Of a stretch of 56,444 nt of DNA, positions 1 through 6,835 are shown piece after piece. Under the pieces are notes generated by a model. The model had not been told where the DNA came from. It saw only the letters and a list, made by a program, of their open reading frames with translations, and ran no database searches. Made by a program: the position numbers and the translations under genes. Location of the stretch: positions 1 through 56,444 of IMG/VR virus record IMGVR_UViG_3300019360_000010. The stretch is one strand, 5' to 3'. Position 1 is the stretch's first letter. Every line of letters starts with the position of its first letter. The DNA comes from a virus (Duplodnaviria > Caudoviricetes).

Positions 1-351
1 GGCGCCCGCGAGGTTGGCGCCCGCGAGGTAGGCGCCCGCGAGGTAGGCGTTCGCGAGGTAGGCGTTCGCGAGGTAGGCGCGCGCGAGGTCGGCATGCGTG
101 AGGTTGGCGTTCGCGAGGTTGGCGTTCGCGAGGTAGGCGTTCGCGAGGTAGGCGTTCGCGAGGTAGGCGTTCGCTTTGATCGCGAGCTTCACCGCCGCGC
201 CCAGGCGCAGCTCATCGGTAGAAAGCCCCGCATCAACTTCCGCGCTGAACAGCACGGCGTGGGTGTAGCAATGCTTGATCTGAACTTGCATCGGTCCCTC
301 CTTTTTCACGCCCCTAAGCTCGCCGCGATCGGTCTTGGACGTCGTAGTCAT
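1..351 (-). CDS. Pentapeptide-repeat protein, N-terminal part (continues across the contig junction into 56444-55540)
   Basis: Reverse strand reads MTTTSKTDRGELRGVKKEGPMQVQIKHCYTHAVLFSAEV...KLAIKANAYLANAYL...; in-frame ATGs at 351 (SD GAAGGGAG) and 291 (SD AAGGAGG); open at the window edge. Confidence 0.85.
   Translation of the reverse strand, partial: MTTTSKTDRGELRGVKKEGPMQVQIKHCYTHAVLFSAEVDAGLSTDELRLGAAVKLAIKANAYLANAYLANAYLANANLANANLTHADLARAYLANAYLANAYLAGAYLAGANLAGA
129..191. repeat. 63-bp end overlap identical to 56382-56444 (circular or terminally redundant contig)
   Basis: Direct comparison; the match includes unique non-repeat sequence TTTGATCGCGAGCTTCA. Confidence 0.85.
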
Positions 352-359
352 CTGAGTTC

Positions 360-451
360 TCCCTTCGTGATATCGGAGGAACCACCTCGGCCCTCCTGAC
401 TCCTCGAGCCCGAGACCGGCTGCCGCCGATCGTCGGGCTCGAGGGAACGCG
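360..451 (-). repeat. 92-bp structured intergenic element, copy 1 (identical to 55439-55530)
   Basis: Exact direct repeat; two hairpins joined by AGTCA, followed by ACGAAGGGA. Confidence 0.9.
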
Positions 452-459
452 GTCAGTCG

Positions 460-750
460 TTACCTTTGGGTCGTAGCAATTCGGATGTTTGTGATGTGCG
501 CACGGCGCTGTACCATGCGACCAACACGCCGATCAGCCTCGATTGTCTCTGTCGGGGGTTGACTGTGCCACTCGCCATCGTAACCATAGGCGTTGAGGCT
601 GGGGTCGTTGCTGTGCCGCGCATAGACAACCTCGTCGCCGGTCGGCGCAGGATAGCGATTTAAAAGGACCGAATCGTCTCCGACCATATCACTGTCCGCC
701 TCACGGCGGCGCATCGCGCGGTCCGAGTAGTAATTGATCTGATATGCCAT
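460..750 (-). CDS. Hypothetical early protein
   Basis: ORF MAYQINYY... with ACGAAGGGAGAGA SD just upstream of ATG 750. Confidence 0.7.
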   Translation of the reverse strand: MAYQINYYSDRAMRRREADSDMVGDDSVLLNRYPAPTGDEVVYARHSNDPSLNAYGYDGEWHSQPPTETIEADRRVGRMVQRRAHITNIRIATTQR

Positions 751-776
751 CTGTCTCTCCCTTCGTGAGGATATGA

Positions 777-1004
777 TCAACGCCGCTTACGACGGCGCTG
801 ACCGGTCGTGATTAGAACGCGTACGATTTCTCGAGATGAAACTTTACGAGCACCCGCGTCGAACGCAGCGTTGCGTCGCGCGGTCGTCGTGAGGTCGTAG
901 TGATCGCGATGGAACCAGCACCGCTTAATTTTAAGCTGATCAGCGAACGTGTGAAGCTCATCACGGGTATCCGCGATCAGGTGTGTTCCATCGGTGTAGA
1001 TCAT
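777..1004 (-). CDS. DUF4031-like protein
   Basis: HLIADTRDELHTFA...WFH..DHYDL pattern; ATGA overlap with the upstream gene. Confidence 0.75.
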   Translation of the reverse strand: MIYTDGTHLIADTRDELHTFADQLKIKRCWFHRDHYDLTTTARRNAAFDAGARKVSSREIVRVLITTGQRRRKRR

Positions 1005-1180
1005 CGCGCGGCTCGCCACGCGCGGATGAACGGAAGCAGTTCCGAAACTTCACGACCTTCCAGTTCGCTGTCGTACGTTCCGAGATCTGCCGCGTTCTGT
1101 TCGTCAGACTGATCGCGAGGATCGTGCCCGTTTTCGACGGCGTTGTCGAGCGCGGTAAACACGAGGTTTTGAAGTGACAT
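1001..1180 (-). CDS. Small hypothetical early protein
   Basis: MSLQNLVFTALDNAVENG...; ACGAAGGGAGAAC SD; first gene after the predicted promoter. Confidence 0.7.
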   Translation of the reverse strand: MSLQNLVFTALDNAVENGHDPRDQSDEQNAADLGTYDSELEGREVSELLPFIRAWRAAR

Positions 1181-1229
1181 TCGGTTCTCCCTTCGTGACG
1201 GTCCGGCCGGCGTCCGACCGGACATACTT

Positions 1230-1258
1230 AATATACCCGAGGGAAATCCGCCGGTAAA
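1230..1258 (-). promoter_or_regulatory. Sigma70-type early promoter
   Basis: Minus strand TTTACC-17 bp-TATATT in an AT-rich gap, followed by a hairpin at 1201-1223. Confidence 0.65.
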
Positions 1259-1283
1259 TCCGGGATTTTCAACGAAGTTTCAA

Positions 1284-1712
1284 TCACTTACTGCCCATCT
1301 TCAGGGCCGCGACGAACCGAACCGGGCTAACCGCGCCCGTATCCCCACCGCACGCGCGTATCGCTATATCCTCGTGGGTATAACGCTTTTCCAGCACGGC
1401 GCGCGCGTCGCGCGGCCGCAGCAGCCCGTACCAACGCTCGACGCGCAGCGCGAGGAACGCGGTGCCGCCGTATCGATCCCACGCTTCAAGGAACAACACC
1501 TGCTGATCCGTCAACGATCGGATCACGACGCGCGACGTACGACGCTTCGGCCACGCCGGCAGGTACTTCGCTTCGATCCAGCCGGCGTGGCCGCCGTACA
1601 CGACATACGCGATGTCGGGTAGTCCGGCCGCCGTGAGGTCCTCGATCCGTCGCGTGAACGCGTAGCCCCTCAGCGCTTCGCGCATCTCGTCACGGAACCT
1701 CTTCTCGCTCAC
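1284..1712 (-). CDS. PD-(D/E)xK nuclease (VRR-NUC / Holliday-junction resolvase-like)
   Basis: MSE..F, GLPD, WIEAK and Q..FL motifs; near polA. Confidence 0.8.
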   Translation of the reverse strand: MSEKRFRDEMREALRGYAFTRRIEDLTAAGLPDIAYVVYGGHAGWIEAKYLPAWPKRRTSRVVIRSLTDQQVLFLEAWDRYGGTAFLALRVERWYGLLRPRDARAVLEKRYTHEDIAIRACGGDTGAVSPVRFVAALKMGSK

Positions 1713-1897
1713 GAGAAGTTGAACCGGTAGTAGCCGGGCGGCTTCTCAAGGTGGGCACGCGTTTTCGGGCGCCGTCGGTTCGGCTTACCGGTCGGACGAT
1801 ACGCGGCGCGACGCTGGCAGACCACGGCGCAATACCGCTTATCCGATCGACCACCGATGAGTTCCGTGCCGCAGCGTTCGCAGCATCGACGGATCAC
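1709..1897 (-). CDS. Small Cys-rich putative Zn-binding basic protein
   Basis: CERCG...KRYCAVVC; GTGA overlaps at both ends. Confidence 0.55.
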   Translation of the reverse strand: MIRRCCERCGTELIGGRSDKRYCAVVCQRRAAYRPTGKPNRRRPKTRAHLEKPPGYYRFNFS

Positions 1898-2088
1898 AAC
1901 GCGACCTCCCCGTCGCACTTCGCTTTCCAGCGCGCGTCGGCCGCGCGGGCGACCGCGCCGCAGGTCTGGCAGACGGCCACGCCGCGATCGTCGCGCGTCC
2001 AGACGTGACCGAGTGGTTCCGTCGCCGCGACGAACCCGCGCCCGATCTGGTTGCCCAACAGCTTGATCTTCTCCGCTCGGTTCAACAT
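1894..2088 (-). CDS. Small hypothetical protein
   Basis: MLNRAEKIK..., GGAGG SD, CQTCG motif. Confidence 0.5.
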   Translation of the reverse strand: MLNRAEKIKLLGNQIGRGFVAATEPLGHVWTRDDRGVAVCQTCGAVARAADARWKAKCDGEVAL

Positions 2089-2104
2089 CAGTACCTCCAT
2101 CGGT

Positions 2105-4078
2105 TCACTTACACTCGCCCCAGTGCGCACCGCGCTCCGCCTCGGCGATGATCGGTACGCGCAACGTGATCGCGGTCTCCATCAGTCGCTTTACCTCCTT
2201 CGCCGCCGCGTCGCCGGCCATCGTCTTCGGCACTGACCAGTCCAGCTCGTCGTGGACGGTGAGGAGCGGTGCGCCCAGTATACCGCAGCAGCCCGCGTCC
2301 CAGATATCCACCATCGCCTTCTTCATCAGGTCGGCCGACCCGAGCTGGAACAGGCGGTTCATCGCCGTGTACGTGTGAGCCCGAACCAGCACCTCCCCTG
2401 GGTACTCCTTTTCGGCGCGACCGCGTGGCAGGGCCGGCACGCGATCTTTCATCTTCTTCCGGCCGTTCGAGGCCGGTTCCCACAGGGGGAAGCGGGCGAA
2501 CCGGCCGAGCACGGTCTTGATGTATCCGCGCTCGGCCGCGCGGCGCTGAGCGAGGTCGAAGGTCTCCTTCGTCCAGGGGCAGGCGGCTTCGTATTCCTTT
2601 ACGAACGCCTCGGCCTCCGTGATCGAGCAGCCGAAGGTGACCGCGAGCTTCGGTGCCATCGCGCCATACTTCTTGGCGAAGTTGGTGTTCTTCACCTTCT
2701 TCCGCTTGATTTTGTCCTCAGGATCGACGTGCAGCAGCTCCGCGATGAACTTGTGATAGTCCGTCTTCGGATCGTTGACGTACTTCAGGCGGAACTCGCG
2801 CGCGCCGCGTCCGACCGCGTAGTGCGCTTCGAACCTCACCTCGATCTGGGAGTAGTCGTCGCGTTCCCACTCTTCATCTTCCTCGGGGATGAAAAGACTT
2901 CTGACGAGAGGACCCAGCCGCTCGTCCCTGGCCGGTATGTTCTGAAGGTTGGGGTTAGAGCTAGAGAACCTTCCGATCGTTCCACCATCGTCGGACTTGA
3001 GCTGGTGAAACTCGGTGTGGATGCGTCCGTTGACGTTGTGCTCAAATATGTAGGTATCAACGAAGGTCTCCTTGCACTTGTCGAGGGAGCGCGCGTCGAG
3101 CAGCAACTTCAGCACCGGAAACCGCGATGCCATCTCCTTCAACCACTCTTTCTTGATCGACCACTTGCGCGTCTTCTCGGTCATCGGAACCGGGATGTCC
3201 ATCGCGGCGAGCGCCGCGCCGAACGAGTCGGGCGCGAACAGCTCGGCCTTCGGGCAGGCGGTCAGCCGTCGGAACTCGGCGTGAAGCGCGTCGCGCTCGG
3301 CGCCGAGTTCGGACGACACCTCCTCCGCGCGGCGCAGATCCACGCGGACGCCGCGCCGGCGCATCGCGAGAAGGATCGGGATCAGGCGCGACTCGAGATC
3401 GAACAGTTCCATCAGCTGCTGCTCGTGCAGCGCGGTCTCTTGCCGTTCGAGGACGCGCAGGGGTAGGTCCGCGTCACCCTCGCCGTACGCGCCCACGAGC
3501 TTGGCCGGCAGCCGCCATAGGTTCGTCTTTACCGCCTTATTCGTGGTGCCGAAGCCCCAGGCGATCGCCGCCGCCTTCAACAGGTCCTCGCGCTTCGACT
3601 CGCCGAGCCAGGTCCGCGCGAGCGCGTCGAGGTTGTACTCGAGCCGGTGTTCGTCCAGCAGCGGCTCGGCGACCTGAACGTCGCGGAACCGGCGTGCGTT
3701 CTTGAAGTGGATACCGACCTCCGCCATGAAGTCGAGGTCGTACAGCAGCCCGGCACCGACTACCTCACCGGAGAACTTCGCGGCCTCGGCCGTCAGCCAG
3801 CGCTCGACCATCCGGGCGTCGAGGTTCCCGCCGCCCTCGTGGCGAACCGGGTAGTACGCGCGCCGGCCGTCATCGGTGCCGATCGCGTACCCCACGATGA
3901 ACGCGCCGCGCCGAACGCCTGGCCCGAGAACGTCCAGTCCGACGTCCTTGGTCTCTACGTCGATCGCGAGACGTTTCACACCCTCGAGGTTCATGAAACC
4001 GCTCGGCGGTTTCCAGTCGCTCTCCGGTTGGAACAGCGGCAGTTGGGTCCGATCGGTCGGCTTCAACGTGCGGGTCAC
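2105..4078 (-). CDS. polA: Family A DNA polymerase with 3'-5' exonuclease domain
   Basis: Exo DVET/YDLDF/YGEGD; GRFSSSNPNLQNIP; motif A DYSQIEVR; motif B KNTNFAKKYG; motif C VHDE. Confidence 0.97.
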   Translation of the reverse strand: MTRTLKPTDRTQLPLFQPESDWKPPSGFMNLEGVKRLAIDVETKDVGLDVLGPGVRRGAFIVGYAIGTDDGRRAYYPVRHEGGGNLDARMVERWLTAEAAKFSGEVVGAGLLYDLDFMAEVGIHFKNARRFRDVQVAEPLLDEHRLEYNLDALARTWLGESKREDLLKAAAIAWGFGTTNKAVKTNLWRLPAKLVGAYGEGDADLPLRVLERQETALHEQQLMELFDLESRLIPILLAMRRRGVRVDLRRAEEVSSELGAERDALHAEFRRLTACPKAELFAPDSFGAALAAMDIPVPMTEKTRKWSIKKEWLKEMASRFPVLKLLLDARSLDKCKETFVDTYIFEHNVNGRIHTEFHQLKSDDGGTIGRFSSSNPNLQNIPARDERLGPLVRSLFIPEEDEEWERDDYSQIEVRFEAHYAVGRGAREFRLKYVNDPKTDYHKFIAELLHVDPEDKIKRKKVKNTNFAKKYGAMAPKLAVTFGCSITEAEAFVKEYEAACPWTKETFDLAQRRAAERGYIKTVLGRFARFPLWEPASNGRKKMKDRVPALPRGRAEKEYPGEVLVRAHTYTAMNRLFQLGSADLMKKAMVDIWDAGCCGILGAPLLTVHDELDWSVPKTMAGDAAAKEVKRLMETAITLRVPIIAEAERGAHWGECK

Positions 4079-4524
4079 AGCAGCCGTATCCCCTCATACC
4101 GAAGCCAGGTTCGACTCGGCAGGCGTTCCCACAGCGCGCGGGCGGCCGCGTCGTGAGCGTACGGCACGCTGAACACGATCCGGGTGCACGCGGTGTTCAT
4201 CAGCATCTTGACGCAGTGAACGCAGGGCGAGTGGGTAACGAAGCACGTGTGGATGCGCGCCGGGTCCGGGCAGCGGATCAGCGCGTTCTGCTCGGCGTGA
4301 ATCGCCTCGCACTTCTCCAAGCCCTCCCCGGACGGATACGCCGCGCCGACGCAGGGCGTATCGACGCAGTGAGGCTGACCGGCGGCGGGTCCGTTGTACC
4401 CGGAACTGAGCTGGTATCCGTGATGATCGAACAGGACGCAACCCACCTTCCGTCGCCGGCACGTGCCCATGTCCGCCCAGCTATACGCGAGACGCAGGCC
4501 GAGAAGATCGCGATCGCGGTTCAT
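4075..4524 (-). CDS. dCMP deaminase
   Basis: C.RRKVG, GYNG, HAEQNA and SPCVHC Zn motifs; ATGA overlap at 4521-4524. Confidence 0.93.
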   Translation of the reverse strand: MNRDRDLLGLRLAYSWADMGTCRRRKVGCVLFDHHGYQLSSGYNGPAAGQPHCVDTPCVGAAYPSGEGLEKCEAIHAEQNALIRCPDPARIHTCFVTHSPCVHCVKMLMNTACTRIVFSVPYAHDAAARALWERLPSRTWLRYEGIRLL

Positions 4525-5342
4525 TGCAGCACCGCCGGCCGGCGCAGCTCCATCAGCCAACGCGGGTAGGTGGGCCCAACGTCGTTGGCGTTCGCCCAGA
4601 GCTGCTGGAGAAGATCAGCGTCATCGCTGAACCAGTCGAGGTCGAGCGGCGCGTATCCCGGGTGAAGCGCTTCTTCGGACTTCACGCACACCCGGGACAA
4701 CGCCGCGTTCTTCTCGTAGAGGTGCTGGCTGCCGGCGGTCAGGTACAGGTTGCCGAGATCGATGTCCTTGATCCAGGGTCGAAGGCGCAGCGCCAAGAAA
4801 GCGCTGATCATCGAGAAGCTGTGAACGTCGTACGGCCAGCCGAGCCACGCGTCCGACGATCGCATGGTCGCGAGGCAGTGAAGCCGGCCGTTCCGGATCA
4901 TCCACTGCAGCGCGACCGTGCAGGGTACGTCCACCGACTTCAATGGGCGCGGTCGCCAGATCGTCAGTACCGCCTGACGCGAGTAGGGATCGTCCATCAA
5001 CGATCGCCAGACGTACGGCAGCTGGTCGATCACCGGCGGACCATAGGCTCCGGAAAGCGTAACGAGATCGTCGCTGAACTTCGCGTAGCTCGGCGCGTAC
5101 TTCTTCAGCGGCTCGAGCCGGTTGTCGCCGGACAAGATCCACGCGGCCTCGGCGCAGGCAAAGTTCCGGCTGAGCGTGCGCTGGTGAACCGTGATGAACG
5201 GTTGGTTCATCGGCACGATCGTCCGATACGCGAACAGCTCGCGGGTCGCCAGCCCACGCGGACTGACGACGTTGCCGGTCTCGAGTAGGTCCTCCAGCAG
5301 CTTCGTCCAGACGTAGTTCACGTCGAGCGTCATGTGCGTCAC
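4521..5342 (-). CDS. Thymidylate-synthase homolog, predicted dCMP hydroxymethylase/methylase
   Basis: SRQA, catalytic PC, MRSSD, GWPYD (Asp at the Asn177/Asp179 specificity site), SQHLY; GTG start overlapping the kinase stop, with GGAGG SD. Confidence 0.9.
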   Translation of the reverse strand: MTHMTLDVNYVWTKLLEDLLETGNVVSPRGLATRELFAYRTIVPMNQPFITVHQRTLSRNFACAEAAWILSGDNRLEPLKKYAPSYAKFSDDLVTLSGAYGPPVIDQLPYVWRSLMDDPYSRQAVLTIWRPRPLKSVDVPCTVALQWMIRNGRLHCLATMRSSDAWLGWPYDVHSFSMISAFLALRLRPWIKDIDLGNLYLTAGSQHLYEKNAALSRVCVKSEEALHPGYAPLDLDWFSDDADLLQQLWANANDVGPTYPRWLMELRRPAVLQ

Positions 5343-6391
5343 GCGATCGCCTCCCGTATTATCTTTGCGTATTCCATCGGGTCGTGATGGAACCGCCGGT
5401 GAAACTGAGGGTGCGGCAGATGAACCGTGTTCTGACCGCGCCCGCCGTACGCGTCCAGCGCCACGCGACCCATCACGATGACCTTTCGCCACTTCCGCGT
5501 GAAGAGGATACGGCGCATCCGATCGTCGGCTTCCTTCGTGAAGGACGGTCGCGCGTTCGTCCAGATGCCGAGCGTCTCGTCGAAGTCGAGTAGCTGAAGC
5601 GCGGCGTTCACGTACGTCACGGCCGACAACTGATCGTTCCAGACGAACGGCCAGGTCGGCTGACCGGGCTTCACCTGCGGCGATACCTGCTCGCCGACGA
5701 ACAACAGCTCCTGATCGGTTCCGGTTCGCGGCCGTCCGTTGATGTTCTGCGTCGTGTAGTTTAGGCAGTGCTCGAACTGCTTGTCGCGTACGTAGGCCAG
5801 CTGACCAATGATCCGGTCAGCCGCTCGTTTGATACCGCCGCTCACCTGCGAGTACGAGGGACTGGTGTAGTCGTATACGAACGTGTCGTCACGAAGGTTA
5901 AAATGGTTCTTTCGCGTCAGCGTTCCAAGATATCCCGGGACCTGACCCGCGAACCGGTTACCGTGAGTAACTTCGTGATAGAGCTGGATCACCTTTGAGA
6001 TGCTACGGAACTTTTCGGTGCCCGCCGCCCAGCGGTCAGCGTGAACCTTCAGCTGAGCGTTGACGTCAGAAGGGACGCAGAGAACGTACAGCGCGCCGTG
6101 CTTGCGCAGGACGCGATCGATCGATCGAGCACCGAGGTCGTACGCCGGACCACCGCGAAACACCAGCCCATAGATCAACTCGCTGAGCCAGTGCCGGTCA
6201 AGCACGACGAGGTGGTGATCGGCAAGCTTGCACGCGAGGTTCAGCGCGCCGAGGTGCCAGCGCCAGATGTCGCGCCGAACGGTCGAGTGAAGATAGCGCG
6301 CGCCGTACTTCTCTCGGAAGTAGTTGGCGAGCGTCGTCTTGCCGGACGCGTCCGCGCCCTCCAGGACGATGATGCCGCGCGGCGGTGCCAT
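5339..6391 (-). CDS. P-loop dNMP kinase fused to a C-terminal UDG-like domain
   Basis: GADASGKTT and LDRHWLSE (thymidylate-kinase-like); C-terminal LFVGE, WTNA, VIVMGRVA, LPHPQ. Confidence 0.78.
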   Translation of the reverse strand: MAPPRGIIVLEGADASGKTTLANYFREKYGARYLHSTVRRDIWRWHLGALNLACKLADHHLVVLDRHWLSELIYGLVFRGGPAYDLGARSIDRVLRKHGALYVLCVPSDVNAQLKVHADRWAAGTEKFRSISKVIQLYHEVTHGNRFAGQVPGYLGTLTRKNHFNLRDDTFVYDYTSPSYSQVSGGIKRAADRIIGQLAYVRDKQFEHCLNYTTQNINGRPRTGTDQELLFVGEQVSPQVKPGQPTWPFVWNDQLSAVTYVNAALQLLDFDETLGIWTNARPSFTKEADDRMRRILFTRKWRKVIVMGRVALDAYGGRGQNTVHLPHPQFHRRFHHDPMEYAKIIREAIA

Positions 6392-6831
6392 CAGTCGGTT
6401 CCTTCCCAGCCGGCGGCGCGCAGCGCCTTGCGGTGGTTCGGTGCCAGCCAGCCGGCCGGCTTCACCACGTCGAGCGAGTGGCCGCGCTTCGATCGCGGAT
6501 CGGCCGCCGAGATCGCGCGTTCCTTCAGCATGTTCTTGTACTGAACCTCGCGCCAGATGGCGTCGAACGGCAATCCCATCAAGTGCGCGGTTCCCAAGGC
6601 GACGTAGACCAGATCGGCGAGCGCGTCTGCCATGTTCGGTATGCTGCCGGTGTCGATCGCCTGAACGAACTCGTCCAGCTCCTCCTGCATGAACTTGATG
6701 CGGAACGCCAGCACGTCCGCCTCGGGCAAGTTCACCTTGACCGAGGGGTAGTAGTCCAGACCGAACTTCACGTGAAACTCGGCCACGTCGCCGAACATGT
6801 CCGGCGCGTCGGGGTTGTTCAGGTAACCCAT
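6391..6831 (-). CDS. MazG-like / PRA-PH-family (d)NTP pyrophosphohydrolase
   Basis: DVAEFH.KF, EELDE, DALADLVYV, V...NM.K. Confidence 0.88.
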   Translation of the reverse strand: MGYLNNPDAPDMFGDVAEFHVKFGLDYYPSVKVNLPEADVLAFRIKFMQEELDEFVQAIDTGSIPNMADALADLVYVALGTAHLMGLPFDAIWREVQYKNMLKERAISAADPRSKRGHSLDVVKPAGWLAPNHRKALRAAGWEGTD

Positions 6832-6835
6832 GATC

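Noticed and set aside
1-175. CRISPR array, or the plus-strand REVGV-repeat ORF (94..399)
   Set aside because: It is the antisense of the 15-bp pentapeptide coding repeat
2252-3466. Long antisense ORFs (also 15172..16236, 38402..39529, 40918..41988 and others)
   Set aside because: Shadows of well-supported genes in GC-rich DNA; no motifs or SD
4521-5492. Canonical thyA, and the longer 323-aa start
   Set aside because: Asp at the specificity site; the N-terminal extension overlaps the kinase gene, and GTG 5342 has an SD and stop-start coupling
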